DNA of 51,834 nucleotides from a virus (lineage: Duplodnaviria > Caudoviricetes), in the IMG/VR virus record IMGVR_UViG_3300028581_000002, positions 1 through 51,834 of that record; one strand, 5' to 3'. The position numbers and the translations under genes were made by a program. Within the stretch, counting starts at the first letter, position 1. Every line of letters begins with the position of its first letter. Of this stretch, positions 26,816 through 36,157 are shown in pieces. The notes beneath the pieces were generated by a model. It saw nothing but the letters and a program-made list of their open reading frames with translations, did no database searches and was not told the DNA's origin.

Positions 26816-27497
26816 CTAAATTTTCCTTCCCTTTACCCTTTTTCATATATCTTTCACGTGGACTTAGATTGTCTTCCATATCTATTCCATGCACAGTTTC
26901 TTGATATGATTTGTTTAAGGCCATAATCTCATAATCAATATCTAACCTTTCATTACGTACCCATACGGTCGGCTCAATATCAAGTTCTTTGATAGCCTCG
27001 AAACCAACGACGTTCTCACGGTCCATTAAGACCTCTTCATTTTCTTCTGTTAGAACATCGTCTATCCTGTAATAATACAAGCAGACTTTCTCGTGGTTGT
27101 CAAAAGTATCAGCAAATTCCTCGCTATCAATCAAATATGGTTGTGTTTTATCCGTGTTAGGTGGGTTCATTTCTTCCTCATCTACAGGATGCAAGCTCAT
27201 TGAATTATAGTTTTTTTTTGCTTTTTTATAATCGTTTTCATCTGCAGAAGACCTAGTAAGAGGATTTGTTACGTTCCTCTTCTTTTTTCTATCTATTGTA
27301 TCTGGATCTTCTTTCATCTTTTTGGATTCAGCGCAAGCAGTAGAGTCTTTAGGTTCAAACCTTTTATTCTTACCATAGTGCTCTTTAACACTCTCAATTT
27401 CGTCCTCGGCAAGATCTTTGTAATATTTCTTAACTGCTAATACACCAACTCCAACTCCAATGGCAAATATAGCAATTTTGGTGATTACTGATTTCAT
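26808..27497 (-). CDS. Hypothetical protein with N-terminal membrane anchor
   Basis: IAIFAIGVGVGVLAV; VWVRNERLDIDYEI. Confidence 0.75.
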   Translation of the reverse strand: MKSVITKIAIFAIGVGVGVLAVKKYYKDLAEDEIESVKEHYGKNKRFEPKDSTACAESKKMKEDPDTIDRKKKRNVTNPLTRSSADENDYKKAKKNYNSMSLHPVDEEEMNPPNTDKTQPYLIDSEEFADTFDNHEKVCLYYYRIDDVLTEENEEVLMDRENVVGFEAIKELDIEPTVWVRNERLDIDYEIMALNKSYQETVHGIDMEDNLSPRERYMKKGKGKENLDE

Positions 27498-27522
27498 ATT
27501 CATTCTCCTTTCAAGAGATTAT

Positions 27523-27763
27523 TTATTTTTCATCGCCTATATCATTCATGAATACATGAATTTTCTTTATACTATAATCTTCAGGAAAACTACAAAACGA
27601 AAATTGATTTGGGTCCATATCAGATATAAGTTTCTTCTCTTCGGAATCAAAAATTATTCTGATCGCCCATGTTAGTAATAAATCCTCTTTCTTTTTCATC
27701 AAGAATTAGCATAATAGGCTGATCTTCACTATTAAATATAACATCTCCAATTTTTACTTTCAT
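27523..27763 (-). pseudogene. Small gene split by a frameshift at an internal duplication
   Basis: MKVKIGD... stops at 27647; the +1 frame continues IFDSEEKKLISDMD...GDEK to the stop at 27523. Confidence 0.5.
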
Positions 27764-27776
27764 ATACATTCTCCTT

Positions 27777-28028
27777 TCAAGAGAGTTTTTTACTTTCATA
27801 ATAATACAAAATATCTTTCATGTCATCATCAGTGACGAACTCACATAATATGCCCTTAGTCTCCCGGTGTGGAAACAAGCAATACCCATGATCCTTTTTA
27901 AATAACAAAAGATCATTAGGAGTTACCATTTCAAAAATATTAATAACAAGTTGACCACATTCGTCATAAAACATGTTATTTTCTTCGTCCCACCAGAAGT
28001 ATAAAATCATTTGATTCTTCTGTAGCAT
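27777..28028 (-). CDS. Hypothetical protein, paralog of 32021..32272
   Basis: Shared N.F..E.G..V.NI...VTP....LFK. Confidence 0.7.
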   Translation of the reverse strand: MLQKNQMILYFWWDEENNMFYDECGQLVINIFEMVTPNDLLLFKKDHGYCLFPHRETKGILCEFVTDDDMKDILYYYESKKLS

Positions 28029-28052
28029 GGCCCCTCCTAATATCTCTTTATG

Positions 28053-28994
28053 TTAGATGAGATCGTTAATAACACCATCAACATTGAAGTCAAGTAATAT
28101 ATTGCGTTCGTTGCCGTTGACAAATGCTCTAGCGCGTTCTCTATCTCCGTCAAATATACCGAAATCTATGAAACTATCACCCTCGCCAAACACCCAACCA
28201 ACAACCGACCCTGGTTTAGTTCTTGGAATACCAAGTGCATCATATACCTCGTTTAGGAACACGTGCCCACGAACCTTAAGCATCTCATTATGGTAACTTT
28301 GTTGACTTCTTAGGAACATTAGATTATATTCCGCGTTCTTAGACCATTGAGTACATGACTCATCATAAAATCTAGCATACAAACTTGGTACGCCTGGATC
28401 TTTAATCATGTTTGTTTTCTTAACTTTACGTACTTTCCCGTCTTCATCAACTTCATTTTCTGTAACAACTTCGCTTCGTAGACCGTTTTTATACATGTAG
28501 TCTGCTTGCTCGCCATGTTCCTCTACAACACGTTTACGATATGCATTAAAACTTTCTTCAACAGCCTTATAAGCAGCCATAAGTGCAACGTTACGTGTTT
28601 TCATGATACCGTGTGCGCCAATAATACAAGCAATAGACGCTATACCAAGCGTAATGGCTGGACCGTAAAGCTTAACAAATTCAACACTTGTCTGTACATA
28701 TGTTACTGTTAAATCTTTTCTATGATCATTTTCGGAATATTCGTCAAGAGAAATATCTCCCTCTTTAACCTTTTCCCAACAATCGTTAATTTTTTCAGCT
28801 TTCGCTTTGTGGTTGTCAAGAACCTCTTCAACTTTAAGAGTTGCACGACAAGCCAATACAGCGGATACAACTGTCCCAGCTACACCAACCACTAATAAGA
28901 TTTCAGGACTGTTTTTTTGCATTACTAGACCGGTACGGCCAGTAATTTTAGAAAGATCTTTCGTTACATTACTCAATACATTTGCTATTTTCAT
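28053..28994 (-). CDS. Phage protein (DUF6353-like), paralog of 37860..38663
   Basis: NSPEIL, RNVAL.AAY and FLNEVYDALG motifs. Confidence 0.7.
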   Translation of the reverse strand: MKIANVLSNVTKDLSKITGRTGLVMQKNSPEILLVVGVAGTVVSAVLACRATLKVEEVLDNHKAKAEKINDCWEKVKEGDISLDEYSENDHRKDLTVTYVQTSVEFVKLYGPAITLGIASIACIIGAHGIMKTRNVALMAAYKAVEESFNAYRKRVVEEHGEQADYMYKNGLRSEVVTENEVDEDGKVRKVKKTNMIKDPGVPSLYARFYDESCTQWSKNAEYNLMFLRSQQSYHNEMLKVRGHVFLNEVYDALGIPRTKPGSVVGWVFGEGDSFIDFGIFDGDRERARAFVNGNERNILLDFNVDGVINDLI

Positions 28995-29019
28995 AACCCT
29001 TGTCCCCTTTTTATTTTAA

Positions 29020-29169
29020 TTATTTTTCGAAACGTGTTTTCAATACTACAAATGTTGCCTTATTACAAATTTTTATAAGCTCATCATTACGACCTTTATT
29101 GTAAAACCAGATTATTACAAGTAGTGCTCCTCCGACGTACAATAACTTCTTCTTTTGGTTTTCATCCAT
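29020..29169 (-). CDS. Small membrane protein, 49 aa (not in ORF track)
   Basis: RBS CTTGAAAGGAG; MDENQKKKLLYVGGALLVIIWFY... Confidence 0.6.
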   Translation of the reverse strand: MDENQKKKLLYVGGALLVIIWFYNKGRNDELIKICNKATFVVLKTRFEK

Positions 29170-29199
29170 TAGTTTATCTCCTTTCAAGAAATAAAAAAT

Positions 29200-29278
29200 A
29201 TGAGAAGACGATACTTTGTTTCCGCTACTGTCACCCTATACTGGTGTATTCACGCAACAAAACTAATCGTCTCCTCAT
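29200..29278 (-). ncRNA. Promoter-driven hairpin RNA
   Basis: 13-bp terminal stem with a G-U pair on the minus strand, inner stems, U-rich tail, no ORF. Confidence 0.55.
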
Positions 29279-29301
29279 TATAGACTCTGTATTTACCGCG
29301 A
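29277..29301 (-). promoter_or_regulatory. Phage promoter motif copy
   Basis: TCGC GGTAAAT ACA GAGTC TATAAT. Confidence 0.8.
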
Positions 29302-29305
29302 ATTG

Positions 29306-29509
29306 CTATTCGTCACATGCTTTTGTAACTTCCCAGTTCCCAATGGGCGATGAATAGTATATCTTTTCCTCTGTAAGGCGAATATCTAGAACTATATTAC
29401 CATTCGAAAGCGGGTATTTAGCAATCACAATACCTGTTTTATCCGAATTCTTACTTTTGTGCTTTACTTCATCTTGCATTTCTGGTTCTCTATCCTTTAA
29501 ATCGCTCAT
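29306..29509 (-). CDS. Small protein, paralog of 30672..30878
   Basis: PE.QD.V.HK...G.VIAKY...LD...P..NWEV. Confidence 0.7.
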   Translation of the reverse strand: MSDLKDREPEMQDEVKHKSKNSDKTGIVIAKYPLSNGNIVLDIRLTEEKIYYSSPIGNWEVTKACDE

Positions 29510-29979
29510 ATTATTATCACCTCGTCAAAGCCCTCTTCTTTTGTTGGCTTCTCAAATTGGTCGTTCATTCTATCTATGATAGGCGTTAAATATTCTTTTC
29601 CTTCCGCTATAGCCCTCTCCTTACATTTATAGGATGCAGAACTATTGATGAACACGCATATTATTTGATAACCATATTTCTGAGCCATTTTTATAATAGG
29701 TCTTCTTCTCTCTTTCATAGTGTTTGTTTCATCGACTATAATATTCGCTCCTTGCTGCATTAACATTCGTAAAAGTATTTCCCTAATACTCCACATTAAT
29801 GGCTCGCCTTCACTCCAATATTCCTTATTATAAACCAATAATCGCATATCATCAGCAGACACAATGATGTCGTTAGTCTTATGTTGACATACCCAGGTAC
29901 TCTTTCCACTTCTAGGTAGACCACACATTATTGTTATTGTTTTAGGTGTTATTGCATATTTTACATTATTTGGATCCAT
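29506..29979 (-). CDS. P-loop kinase (polynucleotide kinase/AAA_33-like)
   Basis: GLPRSGKST, VSADDMR, IVDETN and EEGFD motifs. Confidence 0.8.
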   Translation of the reverse strand: MDPNNVKYAITPKTITIMCGLPRSGKSTWVCQHKTNDIIVSADDMRLLVYNKEYWSEGEPLMWSIREILLRMLMQQGANIIVDETNTMKERRRPIIKMAQKYGYQIICVFINSSASYKCKERAIAEGKEYLTPIIDRMNDQFEKPTKEEGFDEVIII

Positions 29980-30382
29980 TTTTATACTCCCTTTTATCCC
30001 AGCTAAAAAGATATGGTTCATATCCATCATAATCAAGTTCGGCTGTGAACTCGTCAACATTTTTACTATTTGGTAATCCGTAAACAGAATTTATAGCGAC
30101 TAATACAGAGCGTCTCATATCTTCTGTCATAGACGATCTAGGCGCAATCCACATATGATTCATATCATAATCCTTATTACCACAAGCGCATATAGTCATT
30201 GGGTCATTGTTATTTCCACATACAGGACATACCCAAAAGAACAACTTATTACCAATTTTCTGACCATCCTCTATTTTTAAAAGTTCTTCGCATACAGGTA
30301 TGTTGTTATCACGGAGGGAGTCTATATATTGTTTAATGTTGGATATACCGCTACCAACAGCAATTATATTAATATTATTCAT
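29966..30382 (-). CDS. Hypothetical protein with Zn ribbon
   Basis: WVCPVCG...ICACG. Confidence 0.65.
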   Translation of the reverse strand: MNNINIIAVGSGISNIKQYIDSLRDNNIPVCEELLKIEDGQKIGNKLFFWVCPVCGNNNDPMTICACGNKDYDMNHMWIAPRSSMTEDMRRSVLVAINSVYGLPNSKNVDEFTAELDYDGYEPYLFSWDKREYKNGSK

Positions 30383-30682
30383 TGTTATCCTCCTTTTCTA
30401 GTGTACCAATACTCCTTGCATAATCCATAAATTTGTTAACTTTATACTTCTTATGAGGGATGCACGATCTTCTTGTATCGACATTTGAAAATACTCCTTC
30501 ATTTCGAAGCATTTCAAATACCGAAATCATATCGGAGAACTCATTAAATATCTTTTCCGCTGGTGTCGGATTCCCTTCCCATGAGTTATTAAGTCCAAAT
30601 CTAAGACCTTTTGCTATTTCCTTTGAACCTCTGATGCTTCTTCCGATAGACAAACCAATAAATGTTCTACTTTATTTAACAT
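30375..30682 (-). pseudogene. MazG-like all-alpha NTP pyrophosphatase with a 1-nt frameshift
   Basis: RBS plus MLNKVEHLLVCLSEEASEVQ in one frame; KEIAKGLRFG...EFSD in the -1 frame. Confidence 0.6.
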
Positions 30683-30878
30683 CTGGTTCCTCCTTTATAA
30701 CTTCCCAATTGTAAGCCGGAATTCCATAATGTACCTTGTCTTCCGTATCTAGCACATCAAGTATAGGTAAGATCTTACTAAATCCACCATTATATTTCGC
30801 TATCACAGTTCCTGATATATTAGCTTCCTTATGTCTTACCCTATCTTGTAATTCTGGCTTTTTGTTTATTGCACTCAT
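30672..30878 (-). CDS. Small protein, paralog of 29306..29509
   Basis: Visible sequence similarity to 29306..29509. Confidence 0.7.
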   Translation of the reverse strand: MSAINKKPELQDRVRHKEANISGTVIAKYNGGFSKILPILDVLDTEDKVHYGIPAYNWEVIKEEPDVK

Positions 30879-31173
30879 CGTTTTTCCTCGCTTCCTCGAA
30901 CACAAGCATAGCTTTATCGAAAGTTTCCATACTTGCTACTATCGCTGGAAGAGACCGGTCAAAGGCTATCTTCATATTTTCAACAGCGACCATAAGAGAC
31001 CGGAAAGCTATTTCCTTTTCATTTTCTTCTTTGTTTCCGATGTCAAAATTTGAACTACCTACCTCTGGACTTAGATCTACACCTATTATAGGCGCCGCAT
31101 CTCCACAATCACAGTTCTCGCCATAATCAAAATTACCTTTACATATAGGACAATGCCAATATGATTTACTCAT
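30841..31173 (-). CDS. Hypothetical protein with N-terminal Zn finger
   Basis: CPICKGNFDYGENCDC. Confidence 0.65.
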   Translation of the reverse strand: MSKSYWHCPICKGNFDYGENCDCGDAAPIIGVDLSPEVGSSNFDIGNKEENEKEIAFRSLMVAVENMKIAFDRSLPAIVASMETFDKAMLVFEEARKNDECNKQKARITR

Positions 31174-31823
31174 TTGACTGCCTCCTTATACGGTGTGTAT
31201 ATTCGGATATCGTCAAATATTACAGGAATAATACCTTGTAATTCCCTAAGTAATGGTATTGTTACTTCACGCATTTGAGGGTGAGCAGCAATAGGTGTTC
31301 TTAATTTAAAGAAATGACGCCACTCACGCAAATTAGCAGTCATAATAACTTCAGTTTTCAAACTATTAGGTAAGACTGAACGTGCTTCCTGTGCTGTACT
31401 ACCATTATTGATTAGCCCTAGATATGAAACTTCCGAATACTTACAGCTAGATAACCATGTATCATATTGCTCGGTATTCTTTTTTCTGATCTCTTCCCAG
31501 AACATTGGCTTTATAAACGTAACCTCATTTTCATGACCGTAATTGCAATACCTTGTTGACTCCTGTGAGAATGAAGCAATACGATGACGTACTAATTCAT
31601 GAGACACTCCTCTATCCACAATAAATCTGATGGTGAAGCTTACATGCTCCAATACAGACTCGTGACCTCTTTTGATTATATCCTCAACGAACTTCTTACT
31701 CGACTCGTCATCTATTTTTTCTTCCGACTTATAACAAACTCTGCCACATAATTCAATCTTCTTTAAGATGGCATCTCCATCCAATACATCTATAATCTCA
31801 TAACCCGCTTTAATAATTTTCAT
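31170..31823 (-). CDS. thyX: Flavin-dependent thymidylate synthase
   Basis: GHESVLEH, RHRIASFSQESTRY, ARSVLP and HPQMR motifs. Confidence 0.95.
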   Translation of the reverse strand: MKIIKAGYEIIDVLDGDAILKKIELCGRVCYKSEEKIDDESSKKFVEDIIKRGHESVLEHVSFTIRFIVDRGVSHELVRHRIASFSQESTRYCNYGHENEVTFIKPMFWEEIRKKNTEQYDTWLSSCKYSEVSYLGLINNGSTAQEARSVLPNSLKTEVIMTANLREWRHFFKLRTPIAAHPQMREVTIPLLRELQGIIPVIFDDIRIYTPYKEAVK

Positions 31824-31835
31824 TTGTACACTCCT

Positions 31836-32021
31836 TTAAAATAGATATTTACTTGTTGTGAAATGAGGACATTTCTTACATATAGGATTCTCTTCCTCAT
31901 CTGCTATACCTGAGCCATTACACTCTCCATATGCCGCCTGGCCGTTGAAATCTCTTACAAAATAACATTTCTCAACACTTATTATTGTGAATATCACACG
32001 TAGCCACTTAATAATCTTCAT
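31836..32021 (-). CDS. Small Cys-rich protein
   Basis: ORF in operon with RBS; CKKCPH. Confidence 0.55.
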   Translation of the reverse strand: MKIIKWLRVIFTIISVEKCYFVRDFNGQAAYGECNGSGIADEEENPICKKCPHFTTSKYLF

Positions 32022-32272
32022 TATATGTCCTCCCTATTCTCATATGGGTCAGGATAAATCAACTCAATGATATATGAATGTGTGCTAGCGTCTATAAAAG
32101 CCATACATTCTTTTTTACTTTTGAATAACATTATCTGAGATGGAGTAACATATTTGTGTATATTGTCCACTATCTCCCCCATCTCACCAACAAACCGATT
32201 AATGCCCTCCACATAATACAAGCACATATTATGTGGGTTTTCTCCAAACGGACCAGTTCTTCCTTCGCACAT
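32021..32272 (-). CDS. Hypothetical protein, paralog of 27777..28028
   Basis: Visible similarity; translational coupling. Confidence 0.65.
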   Translation of the reverse strand: MCEGRTGPFGENPHNMCLYYVEGINRFVGEMGEIVDNIHKYVTPSQIMLFKSKKECMAFIDASTHSYIIELIYPDPYENREDI

Positions 32273-32502
32273 TATAAATAGTCCTTTAATAACTTAAGAG
32301 CAGTATTTGTTGTTCCCTCAATAACTCCCTTGTTAACCATTGAATCAGCATCAAAGAATAATGTTATATTCTGCTCTTTCGGATTAACATTTAAGAACAC
32401 ATTTGAATGAACATAGTCAATCTCACCAACCAAAGAACTATGAATCTGGTCAGCAATTACGGACACATCAACCTCTTGTTTGGTCCTTATGATAATATCC
32501 AT
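32272..32502 (-). CDS. Hypothetical protein
   Basis: ORF in operon with RBS. Confidence 0.6.
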   Translation of the reverse strand: MDIIIRTKQEVDVSVIADQIHSSLVGEIDYVHSNVFLNVNPKEQNITLFFDADSMVNKGVIEGTTNTALKLLKDYL

Positions 32503-32526
32503 ATCTATTCCTCTTTTCCTAATTTT

Positions 32527-32961
32527 TTAATAAATGCCTTGCAATATTAAGCCACTAGACCAGGTGCTACCATTGCTAGTGTCGACTTTAATCACTGAAT
32601 TTACATCATTATATTTAACAGTTCCATCTGGATAAACATCCTTGAATAGGGAACTCATTCGCTTACACTGATAATTTGTAACTCCGTTTTTATCGCATGA
32701 TACATCATTCCAAATATCATCAGTATCCTCGATTGGTGTTAAAGGCTTACCGTCAATCAAAGCCATAAGGATATTCTTTGTAAACCCAATACTATAGCCA
32801 CTATGACCGTCTTTCATAAGGGAATTGAATGCTTTCATTGCACTCCTATAACAAGCAACCCCATATCCAGCGTCCTCTGGATGACCATCAACCTTAGCTG
32901 CTTTTACCTCTCTTGCACATGCTATTTTTACTTCACTCTTTGCCCATTCTTTCATACTCAT
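32527..32961 (-). CDS. Hypothetical phage protein
   Basis: DGHSGYS, KPLTPI and YQCKRMSSLFK motifs; RBS. Confidence 0.7.
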   Translation of the reverse strand: MSMKEWAKSEVKIACAREVKAAKVDGHPEDAGYGVACYRSAMKAFNSLMKDGHSGYSIGFTKNILMALIDGKPLTPIEDTDDIWNDVSCDKNGVTNYQCKRMSSLFKDVYPDGTVKYNDVNSVIKVDTSNGSTWSSGLILQGIY

Positions 32962-32994
32962 TAGTATATTCTCCTTTCAAGAGATTAATATTTT

Positions 32995-33306
32995 TTATTT
33001 ACCTGTTCGGTTGTAGTACTCATATCTTGCCTGAACTGTTGGGTGTGTATATGCCTCTGCTATGCTTATACCGTGGTTCTTAGCGAAGTCCGCTGCATAT
33101 TGACCGTAAGGGTTTAGCAGTGATTCCCTAGGTTCAAAATATGTATGCTCGCCATCTTTTTGCTCCATATAGCGCTCTACCGCTTTTGTAAGACCTTCGC
33201 GTATGCGCTCATTATCAAGATCTTCTATACTATCAATAACATAAGCGAATGTCTGAGCATCAACTCTAGGCCCAGATGTGTCAATTACAATTCTTAATAT
33301 ACCCAT
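32995..33306 (-). CDS. Hypothetical protein
   Basis: RBS GAAAGGAGA before ATG 33306. Confidence 0.6.
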   Translation of the reverse strand: MGILRIVIDTSGPRVDAQTFAYVIDSIEDLDNERIREGLTKAVERYMEQKDGEHTYFEPRESLLNPYGQYAADFAKNHGISIAEAYTHPTVQARYEYYNRTGK

Positions 33307-33515
33307 TATCTTTCTCCTTTCAGCACATAACATTCAAACTTGAAATCGTAGGAATGATATATTAACCAATCACCTTTGCGACTAACAATTGGCTTTAAAC
33401 GTAATTTATCATGTATAGGATCGAATTCCTCATATGGATCAATATTCTTAACGATAAAGAAGATTGGGTCGATAGACATTCCAACCGCCTTCTCATAAGC
33501 CTCTTTATTTGTCAT
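33306..33515 (-). CDS. Hypothetical protein
   Basis: Coupled ORF with RBS. Confidence 0.6.
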   Translation of the reverse strand: MTNKEAYEKAVGMSIDPIFFIVKNIDPYEEFDPIHDKLRLKPIVSRKGDWLIYHSYDFKFECYVLKGER

Positions 33516-33706
33516 TAGTTCCTCCCTCTAAGTATACGTCTATTAGTATATCCTTTCAGAATTCTGTCTTGGATAATATTATATAGTTCCTCTTGTGCTA
33601 ATAAGTCCTTTTGCTTCTGACTCATCTCCGGAATTTTAGGAGGGAGCTTACCCTCCTTAGCAAGTGCAACATTTGGATTGTGTTTATGTTGTCCCATTTT
33701 CTTCAC
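33515..33706 (-). CDS. Hypothetical protein
   Basis: MGQHKHNP...GKLPPK; start may be 33697. Confidence 0.6.
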   Translation of the reverse strand: MKKMGQHKHNPNVALAKEGKLPPKIPEMSQKQKDLLAQEELYNIIQDRILKGYTNRRILRGRN

Positions 33707-33887
33707 CCTTTAGAATCTCATAGAGATCCCTTGCTTTTGTGCCCGTTATTTTATTAACAAATACAACCGCACGACCAACTTTCTTACATACTACTGTAAG
33801 CTCTGCGTTCTCCATTTCCATGATCAACTCTAATATGTGGTTCTTCGTGACCATTGGGCTATAGCCAACAACACCAATCCTAAGCAT
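33684..33887 (-). CDS. Hypothetical protein
   Basis: RBS AGGAGGG before ATG 33887. Confidence 0.55.
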   Translation of the reverse strand: MLRIGVVGYSPMVTKNHILELIMEMENAELTVVCKKVGRAVVFVNKITGTKARDLYEILKGEENGTT

Positions 33888-34014
33888 CAGTATCCCTCCT
33901 TGCAATATGAATCATTATGCTTTCCGGAACATTAAACAACTCTAGTAAACACCAAGGAGCACATAATACAATAATAAAGAATATATCTTCAAATATATAT
34001 CTACACTTTTTCAT
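33880..34014 (-). CDS. Small hydrophobic protein, 44 aa (not in ORF track)
   Basis: RBS AAGGAG; MKKCRYIFEDIFFIIVLCAPW... Confidence 0.45.
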   Translation of the reverse strand: MKKCRYIFEDIFFIIVLCAPWCLLELFNVPESIMIHIARRDTDA

Positions 34015-34303
34015 TGCTATGCTCCTTGTTTTCTACCATCTTCTCAAACGCTAATTCTTCAGCAGCAATAATACTATTCAACGATGCCTGTCTTCCATGA
34101 TTCTTAGGCATAGTTATGATTATCGGCGAATTATCCCAACATTTCTTACACTTCCATTTATCTTGACGATAATAGAGGTTTGCTAATGTCTTACCACATT
34201 CTGGACAAGTCTCTTGATGTATTACGCCCTTTTGTTTCCCTTGATATTTCTTAAAGAAAAGTGGGAATATGTCATCCATATACCCACCGTACGGTCCAAA
34301 CAT
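34001..34303 (-). CDS. Zn-finger protein
   Basis: CPECG...WKCKKC. Confidence 0.65.
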   Translation of the reverse strand: MFGPYGGYMDDIFPLFFKKYQGKQKGVIHQETCPECGKTLANLYYRQDKWKCKKCWDNSPIIITMPKNHGRQASLNSIIAAEELAFEKMVENKEHSNEKV

Positions 34304-34313
34304 AACTAGCCTC

Positions 34314-35018
34314 CTAATCTAATGGTTGCGTCCGTGGAAGGTTTATCAAATATCCACCACGTACTCGGCTAACACTAGCACTGCGCAACTCATACCAACC
34401 ATATTTGTCATCTGCAAAGTTACTATCAATACCAACCAATCCATACAAATCCGCAACACTTGCCATTTGATAATCAATAGTTAGATCAACTAATTGAGAT
34501 AACACTTCCTCGGCCTCGCCACGTGTTTCTAATATAATTTCATCAAAATCATGTCTAGCTCGACCTTGCTTGGATATATCCCTCGATCCTCTAGAATCAC
34601 GGTCCCTATCTCTACCAGAATCTCTCGATCCTCTAGAATCCCTATCAGAGTCACGGTAATATGAACCATAACTGGTGTACGAGCGGTTACCATCTCTTCT
34701 AGTGTTACGTCCACGACGCTCACCAAAGAGCAACATCTCAATACCGCCACCAACCATATCACTTATCATGGCTTTAGCCGCAGGTATTAACACATCATGA
34801 AATATATAACCTCCAACACTTTTAGTGTCATCTTCGAGAAAGGTCTCCGCAAGTTTCTTAGAGAACGATCGTTTCTGTTTTTTAACTAATCCGGTGACAA
34901 CTTTCTCAACTTTCTTGTCTTCGATTCTTTCTTTTTTTATTGGCTCTTTACGAGTCAATTTCGAGTTCGATGGAAAATTGTCTTTCAATAATTCTTTTCC
35001 TGAATCGTCATTCTTCAT
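34314..35018 (-). CDS. Phage protein, C-terminus paralogous to 35485..35991
   Basis: EAEEVLSQL...YGW.EL..A.V.RV..GY. Confidence 0.75.
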   Translation of the reverse strand: MKNDDSGKELLKDNFPSNSKLTRKEPIKKERIEDKKVEKVVTGLVKKQKRSFSKKLAETFLEDDTKSVGGYIFHDVLIPAAKAMISDMVGGGIEMLLFGERRGRNTRRDGNRSYTSYGSYYRDSDRDSRGSRDSGRDRDRDSRGSRDISKQGRARHDFDEIILETRGEAEEVLSQLVDLTIDYQMASVADLYGLVGIDSNFADDKYGWYELRSASVSRVRGGYLINLPRTQPLD

Positions 35019-35040
35019 TGTATAACCTCCTCTCTCTATT

Positions 35041-35148
35041 TTAGTGTCTGCGCATTTCTCTTATGAATATCCAAATAAGCCAAAGTCCACTTGTAATAAC
35101 AAACATAAATACATCAAACAAGAATGCTAATATACCATATTTTCTCAT
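35041..35148 (-). CDS. Small membrane protein, 35 aa (not in ORF track)
   Basis: MRKYGILAFLFDVFMFVITSGLWLIWIFIREMRRH; RBS GAAAGGAG. Confidence 0.65.
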   Translation of the reverse strand: MRKYGILAFLFDVFMFVITSGLWLIWIFIREMRRH

Positions 35149-35483
35149 AATGAGTCTCCTTTCGATGCAATAGTAATAGCAAATTCTGTGCCATCAGGCA
35201 TAGTAAGAAAGAACCCCTCTGTCGTACCAAGAACATGACCACAGTCAAAGTTAACTGGTTCTAAATCTGTATTTTTTTCAATTATATCCATTAAACAAAC
35301 CGTGACTTTCTTTGGGGTCATTTTAATTAATTCTTGATATTCATTATTATGAAATTCAAAAATACCTACTGGCTGACGATCTTTATCCCAAGGTTCTCCA
35401 TCGTTATAGACATAATTATCATATTCTGTTATGAGATCAAAAAGATCTTCTTTTTTAATTTTGGTGATATCAAAGGTGGCCAT
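35145..35483 (-). CDS. Hypothetical protein
   Basis: RBS TTGAAAGGAG. Confidence 0.65.
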   Translation of the reverse strand: MATFDITKIKKEDLFDLITEYDNYVYNDGEPWDKDRQPVGIFEFHNNEYQELIKMTPKKVTVCLMDIIEKNTDLEPVNFDCGHVLGTTEGFFLTMPDGTEFAITIASKGDSL

Positions 35484-35484
35484 G

Positions 35485-35991
35485 TTATTCTCCTTTCAAC
35501 TTCATAGGGGTAGGAAATTCTATTGTATATCCGTCTTTGACTCTCTTAACCATAGCCCTACTTAAATCTTTCCACCCATATCTACTACTTGTGAATCTGG
35601 GGCTATAGCATATATGTCCAACTTCATCATACATATCTTTTATAGAACACTCTCCATAATCAACGATATTATCTATAAGATTTGATAGTACTTGATCGGC
35701 TTCGCTTCTCTTATTAAATAACACTTCGGTTGAGGGGAAGTGCTCCGCTACTTTTACAAGATCAGACTTCGCCTTTGCCCATGGTTCAATATAAGCCTCT
35801 CCAGGTGTCTCTGGTCTTTTATAATCTAGTTGATAATCTCTATCTACCTCACCAAGAACATCGATCTTCAATTTATCAAAAGCCTTTTTAGCTTCTTTTA
35901 CATCTTTTTTCTGTTGAAAATATGAACCAATCCATATTCCTATAATACATGCACCGGTAACAATAGCAGCTTCTTTTATGTTATTTTTCAT
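35485..35991 (-). CDS. Membrane-anchored paralog of 34314..35018
   Basis: N-terminal hydrophobic helix; shared C-terminal domain. Confidence 0.7.
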   Translation of the reverse strand: MKNNIKEAAIVTGACIIGIWIGSYFQQKKDVKEAKKAFDKLKIDVLGEVDRDYQLDYKRPETPGEAYIEPWAKAKSDLVKVAEHFPSTEVLFNKRSEADQVLSNLIDNIVDYGECSIKDMYDEVGHICYSPRFTSSRYGWKDLSRAMVKRVKDGYTIEFPTPMKLKGE

Positions 35992-36157
35992 GATTGACTC
36001 CTTCTTTAATTAATTTGTTAAACAGATCCCATGCTTCTTTGCCCTGGAAGGCATTTATTACATCTACTTTTCCATTTTTCTGCTCGCCGACAACTAATAC
36101 GCCAGTGCCATCGTCATCTAAAGCTACGCTTACAATAAAGGCCTTATTTGTTTTCAT
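35981..36157 (-). CDS. Hypothetical protein
   Basis: VLVVG...VINAFQGKEA; RBS AAGGAGG. Confidence 0.65.
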   Translation of the reverse strand: MKTNKAFIVSVALDDDGTGVLVVGEQKNGKVDVINAFQGKEAWDLFNKLIKEGVNHEK

